Shown: positions 23,918-38,063, counted from the first letter of the whole stretch. The stretch is DNA of 62,173 nt, filler included, from Dirinaria sp. TL-2023a (GCA_051941275.1; 6 parts of 6 records of this genome joined end to end with filler, not necessarily neighbours in it), one strand, 5' to 3'. The notes: generated by a model not told the origin, from the sequence alone. Numbers and translations: made by a program.

Positions 23918-24383
23918 TTTTCCCGCCGGCTTGCCGCTGCGTTTTGGGGGTGCTACAATAGATAGAGGCTTTTGGCTTGAATCCTCAGCGTCGAATGTCA
24001 ATGTTGGCTACCTTACCGAGTTGATAGTGTTATTCCTATTTTGTGATAGGTCAATTTGCAGGTGATCATGAAGCGCGTCGCGTCAGGATTGGCGAACCCT
24101 AATCATGTGATTTTACCTCCTGCGTGTACGCTAGTCCAGCGCCAAGTTCTTATTGTACACTACAAAAGCACACAGGTATCTACTCGCAGAGTGTAGCATC
24201 TTCCACGTTGGAAAATTTTAATTGCTAGGGATGCGAATAGGCGGAGAGTCATCCCTGACAACCCTACTTGAACTATTGAACAATTATCATATTACGGTCG
24301 ACACTACTAGGTATTATCAGATGTTTGACGAATCTGGGTAACCGTGGGCCGAATCTTGAAAGGTTTTTCTATTTCAGACCCTG

Positions 24384-26283
24384 TCACGCGGGTACAGCAG
24401 CGCCGTCCCCTCTGGGATCGCTACCTGCGCTGTACACAGTTTTCCCATCTTCAACATGACATCTGATCACTTGTGCCCTCCCAAACGGAGATTCAGGCCA
24501 TGCCTGGGAACCCCTGACGAACTCAATTTTATGTCCCTTGTTCCTCAACTCCTCTGCCACATCCTCTCTAATCCCTTCTTCTAAATACACGGTACGGTCC
24601 ATTACGTCCCCGGAATCTGTATCCGGCATGCCAGCACCAATGCATATCCTAGGTGCATCAAGTGCTGCTTGTGGATGATGTTTGAAGGTCAGCATGTTAA
24701 GCAGCACCTGCACATGTCCCTGAGGCTGCATGAAACCACCCATGACCCCAAACACAGAGTGCAAGCTCTGATCGCTTGGGTTCGTAACGATGGCCGGAAT
24801 GATTGTGTGGTAAGGCCTCTTACTCGGTGCATAAGCGTTCGGATGACCCTCTTTGAGTACGAAATTGCACCCTCGGTTTTGAAGTACAAATCCGCATCCC
24901 TTAGGGATGATACCTGTGCCAAACCGGCTGTAATGACTGTTGATAAACGAAATACCGTTACCTAAATCATCCGTGACAGCAAAATATACAGTGTCATTGT
25001 GGTTATGCGCTGGAGATCCATGGTCAATAAGACCTAAGGCTTGAGCCGGATTAAAGAGTTTGGCGCGTTCGGCAAGGTAGCGGGAGGAGATGAGCTCTGC
25101 AGTGGGGACGTTTTCGACGTTTGGGTCAGTGATCCACCAGTGTGCGTCGGCGAAAGCGATATTCAGAGATTCGATGAGAGCATGAAGATAGTCCGCAGAA
25201 TTATGCTCTTGTGGTGAAAAAGTAGGAATCTTGCCTGTACGCTCAAGTTCTTCGAGGATGCCCAAAGTCATGAGTGCGACGATGCCCTGACCATTGGGAG
25301 GGTGTTCCCAGATTTCAATACTGTGATGATCCTCACTTTGACTGTTCTCACCATGGAGTGCTTCGCGCTGAGCGTTAGCTACGCCTTGTCCAGAAAATCT
25401 CAAGGATATAGCTGGAACTTCTTCGCTGCCGAAATCCATATGACTTCGCAGATCTTCCATATCTAAATGGCCGCCAAGGTCTTGCACAACCTTGACCAAA
25501 GCCTCTGCTACTTCACCTTGATAGAAGCCTTTCTTTCCGTGCTTTGCTAACAATCGAAAGGTGTTAGCCAACGTTGGGTTTCTAAATAGCTCGCCTGGCA
25601 TTGGCACCCTATTACCATGCTCTGCTGCCTTCGGATCAGTCTTTAACCACTCTCCGGAGTTTGGGGACGCCTCTCGAATGAGCTTTTCGCGGTTTTGCCA
25701 CTTTTCAAGGTCAACCATCACAACTAGAGGACGAATTTCCGGTGCTTACCATATGAGACGCGATCTCCGACACTGGATAGCCTTCTTCTCCAAGCTCGAT
25801 AGCAGGTGATAGAATTTGCTCCATGGAAAGCTTGCCGCTACCGAACTTTTCAACAGTATCCACCCATCCTGCTGCCGTGCCAGGCGTAGTGACAGCGTGA
25901 GCGCTGTTGGTCGGGATCTGTCCATTCTTACCCGGCTTCAAACCGAGATCATGCCGGATCTGATCCAGACTGGCATTGGCTGTTGATCTTCCGGAGCCAT
26001 TGAGGGCGTGTACTTTCCTTGTCTTTGCATTGTAAAATAGGCAGAACATATCACCGCCAATGCCCGTCGTGGCAGGCTCAGTCAAGTTAAGCACAGCTGC
26101 CACAGCGACTGCTGCATCTGCTGCATTACCACCTGCCTTCAGTATTCGCTGTCCCGCTTCCGCCGCGAGAGGCTGAGTACACGATACTATACCTTTGGTG
26201 CTGTGCACGACGCTTCGGCGACTGGGAAAGCCGGTGCTTTCTCGGTCAGGGGATGAGAAGATAGCAGAAGCGTTTAAAGGCAT
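24384..26283 (-). CDS. Gamma-glutamyltranspeptidase family Ntn-hydrolase (YwrD-like, no signal peptide), two exons
   Basis: SRRSVVHSTKGIVSCTQPLA, GGNAADAAVA, TGIGGDMF, EHPPNGQG, catalytic D-TVYFAVTD, KRPYHTIIP, GVMGGFMQPQGH and AGSDPRGDG. Confidence 0.95.
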
Positions 26284-26756
26284 GTCAGCAATAACAACTT
26301 CCTACGCTTATGCGATTGATCCGTTTACTTGCTTGAGAAGGATTGTCAGTCGTTCATGAAGATACATTTCTAACGTCAGTAATGTACCGCTGAAAGGAGT
26401 GTAAGGCAGTCAGCTAGCTCCAACGGTCGCAAATTCATTCTCGATAGGAATCCCGCAATTCGACTTTCACATGTTAGTAATCTGACATTACGTTGATATC
26501 ATACTACGATGCGCCGGGACTTTTTCGGCAGCTGGCATATTGAGGTAGGTACCTATCTAAGGTAAGGTAAGGTAGGTGGAAGGGAGCTCGGGAGTGAGCA
26601 TCGGTTCCAAGCCAAAGAGGCACCAAACCCTTTTGGGCAACTCACCGGCAGAAATATTGCGAAACTCCCTTCACCTCAACCAATGGTGCTAGATGTGCCA
26701 ATCAAATAATCCCCGGAGGTGATGCCGAGTGCTCAAGAAGAAGCAGTGGGTATAGG

Positions 26757-28129
26757 ATGCTGCAATGGAGACAGCGCATTGGCAAACTCAGTCTAGATGT
26801 TGTCTCTCGGCATCATCGAAACGCCAAGCGGCTCCAAAGCACAGGTACGGCTTTGCAGTCTGGAGAACAGCTGCTACCGGCTCAGACTAGGGGACTCGCT
26901 GCGGCGGCGACTGTTTCCCCAGCATTGCTTTCTCGGGCCCGTGCTGTCGCTCGAGAGCATGAAACCCTCGCAAAGCAACTGAGAATTGGATTCGATGCTG
27001 GTGTAGCAAAGAGAGTTGGAGAGCTTACTCCGACAGCTAGAGTGCTGAATGAATGGGACGTAGCTCAAACAGTAAGCGTTTCTAATAGTTCTCGATGAAG
27101 TGGTCTGACATCCTGTAGTCAATTGCGGAACTAGACAAGTTATTGCAGGACCCGTCAAGCGACCAAGAGCTACGCTCGTTAGCATCAGACGAGATTGCTA
27201 CGACATTGGAGAATCTACCAGATATCAGTACTCGACTTCAATCAAGCCTCATACCTGCACATCCATTCGACGAGCTCTCATGTCTTCTAGAAATCAGACC
27301 AGGCGTCGGTGGATCAGAGGCAGGTCTCTTTGCTGGTGACCTGCTACGGATGTACCAAGCTTACTGCAAGCACCGAAGCCTACGTGCAAACCTGCTGAAA
27401 CTGGAACACGAAAATGTTTCCGGGGCGCCCACTGATAGCCTTATAAAAGAAGCGATTCTCGAAGTCGCAAGTCCGGGAGCGTACAGCATGCTTCGATCTG
27501 AAGGTGGAGTTCACCGGGTACAGAGAGTTCCCGCAACTGAAAGTAAAGGGAGGACCCATACCAGTGCTGTGGCAGTCTATGTTATGCCTGGTCTTCCAAG
27601 CAATCCAGCTGACGAGCTTGGTGAAAAGAGCTTCGACAACCCTGAAAGCGATTATTACGTGAATCCTGGTGATGTCAGGACTGATCTCATGCGCGCAGGC
27701 GGTGCAGGAGGGCAGCATGTAAACAAGACTGAGTCCGCCGTCCGGCTTACCCACCTGCCAACCGGTACTGTTGTCGCGATGCAAGACTCGCGGTCGCAGC
27801 ATGAAAACCGGGCCAAGGCGTGGCAGATATTACGGGCTAAGATCGCTCAACAGAAGCGGGAAGCCAGAGAGGACGAGCTAGCGCAGCTCAGATTGAGCAT
27901 GGTCGGCATTGCGAAGACGGGACGTGGTGACAAGGTACGGACATACAACTGGAGCCAACAGAGGGTCACAGATCATCGAAGTGGCATAACCTTACATCAT
28001 CTCGATGATATTCTTCAGGGTGGAAACAGTCTCGATACGATCATTGATTCTGTTAAGGGCTGGCTAAGGGAACGAGATATCCAAGCTCTGATCGCAGACC
28101 AAGAAGCAGCAGCAGCGATCAAAAAGTGA
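26757..28129 (+). CDS. MRF1: Mitochondrial peptide chain release factor 1, two exons
   Basis: LEIRPGVGGSEA, EGGVHRVQRVPATE (PxT motif), RAGGAGGQHVNKTESAVR (GGQ), RTYNW..RVTDHR, and an Arg-rich N-terminal presequence. Intron 27072-27118. Confidence 0.95.
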
Positions 28130-29084
28130 GCGCGGCGCCACGGCCAGAGAATTGGTACCTAAAAGAACCCACTCTATTTACTACCTGATTTCTACCACCA
28201 ATAACTTAAAGTAAGATTGGCAGATCTTGTCCGCTTGGCCTATTGCACGCTTCAATTTTCAGGGCCTGATGCCGCTCAGTCAATCTTTCCTGGAGCACTA
28301 TGATGGCTTGACCTGTCCTCGCCACCTGAGATTTCCCTTAGTCAACAGGCTCTACGTGACAATCCAGCCTCGGCCGAGCCCAATCATCTGAGCATTTATG
28401 ATCTCCAATTTAATCAATTTACGATCAGGGGATGTCACATATCATTCTCCAGGCTTCAGAGCATATGCTAGCGCTCACATTAGACATAGGGTGGGGGAAG
28501 GAAATTAAGTAAAACGTCAAGAGTTTGCGTTACAAGGAGTATCGTGTAATAAGAAGCCAAACCAATCGGAATCCTCATACCTCATAGCAGGAATGCGTTG
28601 ACGGGATGAAGATGGGCTAGTTTGTCAACGAAGAATCATCATCAATTCAATAATCCCTTAAAGCTTTCTAATTCATAATAAGAACATCGAAAGAACAATC
28701 GAATATGAACCAAAAAATCCGCTAGACCAGTCACGGTAGTCTTGAAATGTTCCACATTTTGCCGACCCAGCATAATAGCAAACCTTTTATTATGAGTTTT
28801 GGTTCATAGGGAGTACTTGGCCCGAGAATTCCGACTTCTTATAACGAAAGTCTACTCCGGACTAGCACGATAGAACTGCTGCTTTCGAGTGCTGCGTATT
28901 TGACTTGTCTGCTAGTGGTAGACGGAACTCAACTTAACTCCGTTTTAGGCATCTCCATTACTCAAACCAAATATTAGGAACTATTATCGTGTACACAATA
29001 TTGGCCCCCCTCCTATCCTCTCCTTCATCATCCTCAGCATAACTTGAATCCCATCCATATCTTCGTTGTCAAATCAGCTGCTCA

Positions 29085-29513
29085 TCATTGTCCTTGCGTC
29101 GACATGAGGCCGCGCAAATAATGCCACAATTCCACCTCTCCTGGCTGACCATCCCTCCAACCAGCAGGGAACGTGCAGCTACACCGAAAGGCCTGCCTCT
29201 GCAGCATACCTAAAAAGTTCCAGGCAGCAGGTTCTTGCATGAATTCGCGCATACCGTTGAGCCAGTACGGACGATGATTCTCTGTGTGTTCCCAAAGCCG
29301 CTGCATAAGCTCCGTCCTTGCTTGTGGGCCGTACGGAATGAGCAGATCTGGGAAGTTATTCAGAATTACAATACCGATTTCTTCAAAGTTAAATTGGGTG
29401 AAGAGATGGAGAAAGCAAATGCATGCCAACACGATGGTCGGTCGGTTTCGAGGAAGATATTGGCGGCCGTCCACGAAAATGCAGTCGAAGGTCACAGGCT
29501 GGACAAGAGACAT
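29085..29513 (-). CDS. Orphan hypothetical protein, 142 aa
   Basis: Single ATG-to-stop ORF with good CCACCAATG context and protein-like composition. No family recognised. Confidence 0.45.
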   Translation of the reverse strand: MSLVQPVTFDCIFVDGRQYLPRNRPTIVLACICFLHLFTQFNFEEIGIVILNNFPDLLIPYGPQARTELMQRLWEHTENHRPYWLNGMREFMQEPAAWNFLGMLQRQAFRCSCTFPAGWRDGQPGEVELWHYLRGLMSTQGQ

Positions 29514-31100
29514 TGGTGGTTTAATGTATGATCTGTTTAGGAATTTTGTGGGCGTGCTTAGTGCTAAGATGATTTTCTAGGTCAGCAAGAAAGAATTCTC
29601 GGTAGTAGAGAATATATATTCCTTGGACTCGGAGTTTGCTCTTTGCTCTGAACTTGATGTTAACACTCCTGACGTAAGTTCATGTTTGCCGTGCTTACAA
29701 GCCTTCTTGGCTTAGACGGATTGTGATGAAGCTGTGCTGATGACGCTCTCGCTATTGGGCTGAATTCTCAACTATGACTTGGCGAAATGGCGTTGGGTGA
29801 CACGTCTCCAAAGTTGGCTTCTCCATGATTGACAAAGCACTCGTGTTCCGGCTCCATTACTGTTAAATGTTTAGCAGCGGCTTTTCATAGGGTGTACTAG
29901 CAACTTCCATCCAGCCATTCATCAAATAATTAGTATAGATGCCACCCAAGACCGAGACTACTCAGGTTTGCAAAGAGTTACAGCACCTTCCACCTTCAAA
30001 AGATGTGGTAAGCTTCCGCAACAATCAAGATAATCGGCTTCATTCCACGTCAGCTTGAATGCAGTCATTCATCAGGCTCTCTTACGTGGACTGGATGCAG
30101 ATTGATAGCGCAGCCTGTAGTAATATGCTTGCAAGTTATTCGTGTTCTTTTACGAATGTAGGCAGACAAAACGTCTCAATACAATAGAATGGACTTATGT
30201 TCTTGCTCGTTTTCAAGCATGGCAAAGATTAGAGTCAATTTTAAAAATATAGATCACGCTTGCATCATATTGATAATGCATTCAAGATACGTCCCATGAA
30301 TGTGACCTCATGAAGAAAATTTGCCCTGGGAGATTCAAAGAGAAAAGTAGTGTGGGCAGAGGAGACTTGAGATCGCTCACTGATCATTAGCCCATCAGAG
30401 GTGCGTCGCGGCTGGCTTTGTCAAGGCACAAAATATCGTTGCAGGATAACTTGCACTGCTGAAGAGCTGGGAAACGCTACAATGGATGGCACATTTTTCC
30501 ATAAGGCAGTACTGTGGAAAGTAATTCGCCAGAGCAAGTTGCTGATCTGCCACGATTCCAGTTCAGCTACTGGGCCTGGACGGCGTCGATGAAGGAGTCG
30601 CGAGGGTCCACGAAGAACAGCCGCCAAAGGCGGCGAGATGTCGGTCAACGCCGTTTTTTGGTGATGGATGACTGGTATCTCTTTAAAACTAGAACGTCTA
30701 TCTGGAATCCTAGCTCAACTACACAGTATCGCTAAATGCGTTTTAGACGGCCTCGTCCATTGCTGAGTGTGCTTTACCAATCGGCGCATCGATGGGCTGT
30801 CCACGCGGTTCTTTTTGCTGTCTGACATTGCTCATGACATCGTCACTCCCTGGGTTTGCCTCTGCGTACAACGCAGCCTTGGTTTCCGGACCACCTTCTC
30901 CTTCGAAGTCGCGAGCCTTTGTCGGTCTATCAAAGCATTAGAATGACAGTCACGCTAGGACCTGTGCAGCCAGCCCGGGTGTTCAAGGATACTGACTGTC
31001 CCGTAGCTCGATTCAAGTCTCCGCCCTCATCAAGAGGAATTTCACGATTTCCCCCAGCACCTGACGCAGCGGATCCGTACTTTACTTGGGCACCGGGAAA

Positions 31101-31200
31101 NNNNNNNNNNNNNNNNNNNNNNNNNNNNNNNNNNNNNNNNNNNNTTAATTAATTAANNNNNNNNNNNNNNNNNNNNNNNNNNNNNNNNNNNNNNNNNNNN
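31101..31200. other. Artificial contig spacer
   Basis: N44-TTAATTAATTAA-N44. Confidence 0.99.
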
Positions 31201-32035
31201 ACGCCCCGCGCCGCTCAAAACCACTTAAAGCAATAATCCTTCATTAGTGTAGTGTAAAATAAGATAAATGCAAGTGCAGCACGAACCCTACCTACTACCG
31301 GAGGCGAGGTAGGTATTCTCACACACCCCTTGGGGATATTCTAATCCCTTATCCTCTGACTCTTAGGCAGATTCTTCATGAAGGAGGAGGAGGTTAATCA
31401 AGTTTTGCTGTGCTAGGTAGCGGGCGTCTCGATGGGGTGATTAATCAATCCGTCCTCCATCTCCTTAAAACCAGAGGTTTTGTTGGGGGGGGTTAATAAA
31501 GGTGCTATCTACCACCTAAAGTAAATCACGCACGCTTAGAACCCAGCAAAATTTTGCTCTAGCGAGAAAAAGCGTCGTTTTTTTGTCTTATCTACATATG
31601 TATATAAGTTATGCATATTAAATAATGCGAAGAAGGGATTTATGAGGTATTATTAACGACTATCTCTTTCTTTGCTAATGAACTGTATGTACAGTAGCAC
31701 AGTACATCAAAGCAAAGCAATTCAGCAAATGAGTAATTATGGATTTTTTTGATGAAAAAAAAAAAAAAAACTCCCTATTCGCCCGCTCCATGTGGAATAA
31801 TAGAAAAAATCGATGCTGCTTAAAGTAAAAGTATCATGCCATCCTTCCTTCTCCGGCGGAGGAGGAAAGGAGGGAGGGGGGTATCAATGCAATTTATCTA
31901 ATATCATAAAAGTAGGTGTCCTCATGCCTTCTTTTCTATTTGATTCCCGAATAATTAAACGATTTTTCATAAAACGACCTTTCTCTCTCTCTTTCTTTTT
32001 TTAATCATCTTGAAATTTAATGGGGAAAGAAAGAT

Positions 32036-33899
32036 TTAAACCGCCCCAGCGGCTCCAGGCTGCGGTTTGATGTTGCGCCACTTGGCGAACAAAGCAATCG
32101 GCAGGCCGATACCCGCCAGCGCAATGGTGAGCGCGAACGTCAGCTTCAACCCGTCCATGTACGCGACGATGATGCCGGGGATCTGGTCCTTAGGGAAGAC
32201 GTGGCGGAGCTGGGTGGCGCCGGTCTGCACGACCAGTTTCGGATCGACGCCGGGGGCGGTGGAGGGCAAGCGGGCGAGGAGGCGGTTGGCGAAGGCCGTC
32301 TGGCCCGCGGAGACGAACAGGGCGCCGCCGATGGTCTGGAAAAACAGCGTGATGGCCGTCACGGACGAGATGTCGCTCATTTTGACGAATGCTTGATTCG
32401 CGATGATGGGGACCTGGAAGGCGATGCCGATCCCCACGCCTGTGAGCACTTGGTAGCCGATCCAGTGCGCGGACGAGGTGCCGATGTCGAGGGTGTAGAT
32501 CAGGCCGGCGCCGATGGTCGCGAAGACCGAGCCGATGAAGAGGAAGGGGACGTACACCCCGAACTTGGTGATTGTTGCTCCGGATAGTACCGTGAAGAGG
32601 GAGATGGCGAGGACCAGCGGGATGTTGTCCACGCCGGACTGCGAGGCCGAGACGTCGTCCACGGACTGGAAGTAGATGGGCAGGTAGTAGAGCAGGGCGA
32701 AGAAGGCGCCTGCAAAGAAGAAGATGTACATGCAGTTGACGAGGATGGCGCGGTTGCCAACCATGCGCGGCTGCATCAGCGCCCGGTCACCCATATACCA
32801 TTCCACGACGCAGAACACGATCATCAGGAGCCCGAAGCCGACGAATGTCCCGATCACAGTCGAATCGCTCCATGCTTTCGTGGTGCCGCCCCATTGCAGC
32901 GCGAGGATGTAGCAGATAATGGCGGCCATGATGACGAATGTGCCGAGCAGATCCATCTGCAGCAATTTCTCGCGCCAAGTTGCTTTGACCGGTTTGGAGG
33001 CTGAGGGGGCTTGGAAGAAGAGCACGAGGATGGCGACTGAGGCACCGCCGATGGGGAGGTTGATGTAGAAGCTGCGACGTGATGTCAGTATCATGATATA
33101 GGAAAGCTGGGAGCAGGGGTTAGACGTACCACCACCGCCAGCTAGCGTGAGTGGTAAAGACACCACCCAAGAGGGGACCTAAGGTATTTGATTAGATCAT
33201 GTTCTTGTGCTTCGAGAGACAATGTAACGCACCGATAACGCTCGCAACGCCGTATGTTGCTCCCAAGATCCCAGTATACGCAGGCCGCTGCGCAGGCGGT
33301 GCGGCGAATGCAATAATGGTGTAGGCTCCGGATGCAATCCCCGCTCCACCCAAACCCGCAATGGCTCGTCCGACGATCAGAGTAATGCTATTTTGAGCAA
33401 CCCCGCAGAGCAGACTGCCTAGCTCAAAGATACCGATGGAGACCAGGAAAGTAATCTTCAGCGGGAAATACTTATACGCCTTTCCCCACGTCGACTGAAA
33501 TGCGCCCACGGTCAAGAAGAATGCAGAGCCATACCAACCTACTTGATCCAGGCTGTGGAATTCGTCTGTGATGCGGGGGATTGCGGTGGCTACGATAGTC
33601 ATGTCCAAAGCGACAAGGAAGATGGACAGGACCAGAGCGACGACGATCATGGCCAGCTTGAATGCGCGGGGATAGTCGGCCGTATTGATGCGGGAAAGGT
33701 CGTCATCTTCGCCATCTTCATTAGGAGCCGTGGCTGTTTTTTCGAGCTCGTTGTTCGGGGTGGGGAGGTCGTCGCTGGTTGCTTGAGAGGATTTTTCCGC
33801 ACCGTCATTGGGGACGGATAGGTGAGAGGGCGTCGTATGCTCAACCTCGTGGTGATTAGAGCCTGCACCAGCTTCGGCCGCTGCCGTTGAATCCGCCAT
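32036..33899 (-). CDS. MFS drug:H+ antiporter, DHA2/14-TM class (Azr1/AflT/GliA-like), three exons
   Basis: [70 protein letters not shown] across two introns, YYLPIYFQ and FFQTIGGA. Confidence 0.95.
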
Positions 33900-35098
33900 G
33901 CCAGGCAGAACCCGCCAAACACCAATTGCGATACAATTGAAGGTATGGGATCAATGAGAGTGCTCCGTTAAGGTGTGAAAGCGTCGAGATGCCTGTATCG
34001 TGAAGGAGGATATAGACGGACGAAGAAACAATGCAATACACGACTCTGAAGAGACTTGTAGTTCGGTGAGCGGAAGGGCCCTGATATCCCTACTTAGGCT
34101 CCTACTTTATACACTACTTACTCTTTATCAGAATGGAAGCGGAGACTATTCGGTGATAAGCGGCTGAAGAATCAAGACCCGATGACTGGCTGGTATTGTG
34201 CTTGCTTACATTATTCGCACGTTCTAGTACCTCCTAGAAGTCTTTAGTACTTATGTAAACAGGGATGTCTGAGCACCAGTAGACCGGGTTCTGCGATGAA
34301 ACTGGTCCGACCCGACTAAAGCAACGAGCGACGGGAGTCATACGTTACTCCGTACATGAATCAAGCTTTTCAGATTTGGTGGCCAGGATCAGAGAAGAGT
34401 CAGGAGTCCAGGATGATAAGGTGCGATCCGACTCATTACTATTATTTGGGTCAGGTCCCCTGATTTTAGTCCGATGGCTCCTGCAAACCAAAAGCCAAAG
34501 TAGGATTCCTTGATCCTTGGCGGATGATTAATATTGCGATCTTGCCCCATCCCGTAATCATGTTTGGGCAATTAGGGTAAAGTACATGTAAGCACCTTCC
34601 AATTAGCGCTTATATTGCATCTACCTTAATTATTTCTCCCTACATGGATGAATCATAAAGGAGCACTGCCCCTCGTGTTCTCACTTCTCAGCTTGTCGGA
34701 ATAATATATCGATGAGTCTTTCAGCCTTTCCGGCTGAATCGAGTGTGCATGAGAACTGAGAAGCTAAAAAAGAAGATTACCGATAAATCGGTCCGCAGTC
34801 CGACCGCTACCTGAATGGCTTGGCGAGGAAGCTACTGTACTACGTACAGTAGTACTGCAATCTTAAATAATGAATCACGGTGTGATGATGCCCTGATTGG
34901 CTACAGTCACACTTTCCAGTGTTAAGTGCTTATCAATCCACCTTCCTCCGAAATGTCTCCGACTTCCTTCCGACCACGTCGCAAATGCTGCTGCCTGACT
35001 CGGTTGGGCAATTTTTGCGGAGCAAACTCTAAAGTGTTTTACATTCGTGCGATTTCCCCAGTGCACAATTTGCGAAAGCGGACGAGAAAGACGGCACT

Positions 35099-37439
35099 AT
35101 GTCCGCTGCCTCTAGCGTTTACTCCGACGCGAAACCTCCTGCCAAACGCATGAGGAAGGGGACCCATAGCTGCACTGAATGTAAGTAGACAATGATGTTG
35201 ATGAGATAGAGGTTTATTTTGGGGTACGGGACTTGCTGGATGCTGCTGCAGATTGACGCTGAAGCACGTATGAGGAAATCGTAGATGGTTCATTCTACTT
35301 ACCTCCTCTCTAGGCCGACGTCGCAAGAAAAGCTGCATCGTACTGCCCGGCCACGACAAATGTACCGAGTGCACCGGTCGAAGTGTGCAATGCATCAGCC
35401 AAGAGCCCGTCCCCGTCGAGAAACGACCCCGGGTTGAGAGCAAGCAAGGCCTTCAGGAGCGCATTGTGAGGCTCGAGAGCACGGTGCAAGCGATCATTGA
35501 CAGACTCGAAGGCGGAGACAATATTGCTGAGGTAGCTCATCACTCTGGAAATGCAATTTTCTCGTAGCAAACTGTAAAGTGACGCGTGGTGAGCTGACCC
35601 CAATATCAGGACTCTGGGGCCACTCTCCAAAGATTGCGTTCTGATCTGCAACCTCCCACGCCAGCTTCTAATGGACCTTCGCCAGACACGCAACTCGACA
35701 GCGCCCCGGTATTCAGTCTATTCAACAATACTATACTAAACCGTAAAGACCACAACGAAGCCACGGAAGCCGGCAATGGCAGTAGTCCAGCTTCCCCCGC
35801 TGGCATTGGAGACGACACCCCAAAAATTGCCAACATTAGACGCAAGCTACTCTCATTGTTCCCACCCCCTGAGATTGAAGATATGCTCGTGCAAAAGTCT
35901 CGTTGGTGGAACACATGGCACGACATGTTCCCACATATCTTCGGCGCCAGCCACGGAACAGAGGCATTCCGTCAAAGCGTTTCGTCATCGAAAACCAGCA
36001 AAAGCATCCAAAAAGTCGCTAGAGCTTTGTTGTGCGTGTCGCTTGCGCTTCAGGAAATGCCCGGTTTGAATGAACAGTTCAATGATCAAAATAAAGATTC
36101 GCGACTCCCGGAATCCCGTCTACCAACTTCCTCGGCCGCTAGAAATCGCACGGAAGAGTGTCTGGCGGTCGTCGATGAGCTAATCCTTTCCAATGATGAA
36201 CTTGCCGGAACCATCGACGGCATCGAGTGTCTACTGCTGCAGGCGAAGCATGACTCGAACAACGGGCGCATCCGTCGGACATGGATATATCATCGGCGAG
36301 GTATCTTCCTCGCCCAATTGTTGGGTCTGCACCGCCACTCAAAGCAGGAAGGCCAAAATGAAGCAGAGGTCGAACGACGCCAAAGCATTTGGACGGCGCT
36401 GTTCCAAGGCGACCGCTTTTTCAGTCTGCTTCTGGGGCTGCCGTATGCCGTGTCATCAAAGCATTGCGACATGTACATCGCGGCAGGGTCTATGCCCTGG
36501 AAATACATGCACCGCCTGGGTGAGATCAGTGGAAGAGTGATTGACAGGAACCATGAGACATCACCCAATGACAGCTATTCCGAGACGATCGCGATCGAGG
36601 GCCAGATGGCCAATTTCGCGGCCTCAATGCCTCCGCAATGGTGGGACGTTGATTCTCTCGATTCTCTCGGTTTCGATGAGGTGGCACAGCAAATGTACAG
36701 CCGGCTCCTTCCACAATTCTGGCATCATCAGACCCGAACGTTGCTGCATCTACCCTTCATGCTCAAAGCGACTCAAGACCGGCGGTACGAGTTCAACCGC
36801 ATTGCAGCTCTGGAGTCGGCACGAGGAATGATAGTTCGCTATAAGATCATTCGTCCTGTGCAGGGATTTCAGTCATTGATCTGCAAAATCATTGATTTTC
36901 AAGTGTTCACATCGGCAATGCTGCTGGTATTGAACCTGATTGGTTCCTCGATGACGAGTCCTGACCGGCTTCACCAAGATGACAGTGGCGACTGGCGACT
37001 GGTTTCTGAAACATATGACATTCTTCAACGGGCGTCATACGAGACAGAGGGCTTGGTGGCAAGTCAAGCAGCACGTGCCTTAGGGTTGTTTATGAAGGCC
37101 AAGGATGGAAATTGCTCAATCAATAGCGGTACCACCAAGGTCACCATTCCGTACTTCGGGACAGTTGCTTTCGGACCAGGCAAGGAGGTTTCCAAACCAC
37201 CTTCGGCCGCTCCGAGTTACGCTCAGCAGCCGCTCCAATTGCCAACACCTGCCGAAACACTTGGGCAGAGCCCAGCGTCAGATCCCTTTATCTCATTCGA
37301 GAGTTACCTTGCCCAGATGCCTTTCGATTTCGATTTCGGGCCCGGACCACAAGAATATAGTCCCCCTGACGCACAGGATGGCATTCTAGCTAATGTCAAC
37401 TTGGACTTGGACCAGGACTGGGCATGGTCTTTGCAATGA
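35099..37439 (+). CDS. Zn(II)2Cys6 transcription factor, divergent from the MFS gene
   Basis: KRMRKGTHSCTEC/RRRKKSC..KCTECTGRSVQC across intron 35181-35312. Fungal TF domain with LAQLLGLHR, DRFFSLLLGLPY and LLHLPFML. Confidence 0.92.
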
Positions 37440-38020
37440 TGTGGCAGTATGAGCAAAATGTTGAGTCGGTGCTCAATTCCAGAAAGCCAGCGGTGTGAAG
37501 GACCTCTATCTTAGCTACTTATAATGCTATCTAAGACAAAGGCGATACATTCACAAGCAGATCCTCCAAAATTAGCCGGGCAGGTATGCTTCACCAGTAT
37601 GATACCCCGAATCGGACGTTCTCTGGAATGCTTTGCTTATCTCCCCCTCGTTACGATTTAGGAGATGTCGATGCTCTTAAAATCCCATTGGCAGGAATTG
37701 AAAGCGCTACTTTCTTTCTGATTTTCAGCCCAGATAGTCGTTCCACGACAACATCAGATAGGACTGCAGAAGTATAAACGGACGGTCCAGCAATACGCTG
37801 CTCATGAGCAAAGCCACAATCTCACTTACCAAGGATGCTAGCTGCTTTGATGAGATGAGAAGCTAGCTTATCTCCGAGTCCGCAAAGAAGCGCTTAAACA
37901 AGCTGCCGATTGATCACATCTCCCCTACTTCCACATGCTTATCGACTTGTAATCTCAAAACAACGGGATCAAGCGATAGCAGTGAGAAATGGGCTTCTCG
38001 CTTCTACCTATCAATGTCTC

Positions 38021-38063
38021 CTTAACCCTGATGGGTTAACCCTGATGGGTTAAGCTTAAGCTT
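38021..38063. repeat. Palindromic telomere-motif micro-array (TAACCCTGATGGGT)x2 followed by (TAAGCT)x2
   Basis: CTTAACCCTGATGGGTTAACCCTGATGGGTTAAGCTTAAGCTT is directly visible. Confidence 0.85.

Noticed and set aside
26757..28129. Bacterial prfA as contamination or HGT
   Set aside because: It has a spliceosomal intron and a presequence, as expected for the nuclear-encoded mitochondrial RF1.
30300..31100. Short ORFs that might be a methyltransferase-like relic (AGFVKAQNIV)
   Set aside because: Only a few residues of resemblance, multiple stops and no SAM-binding motif.
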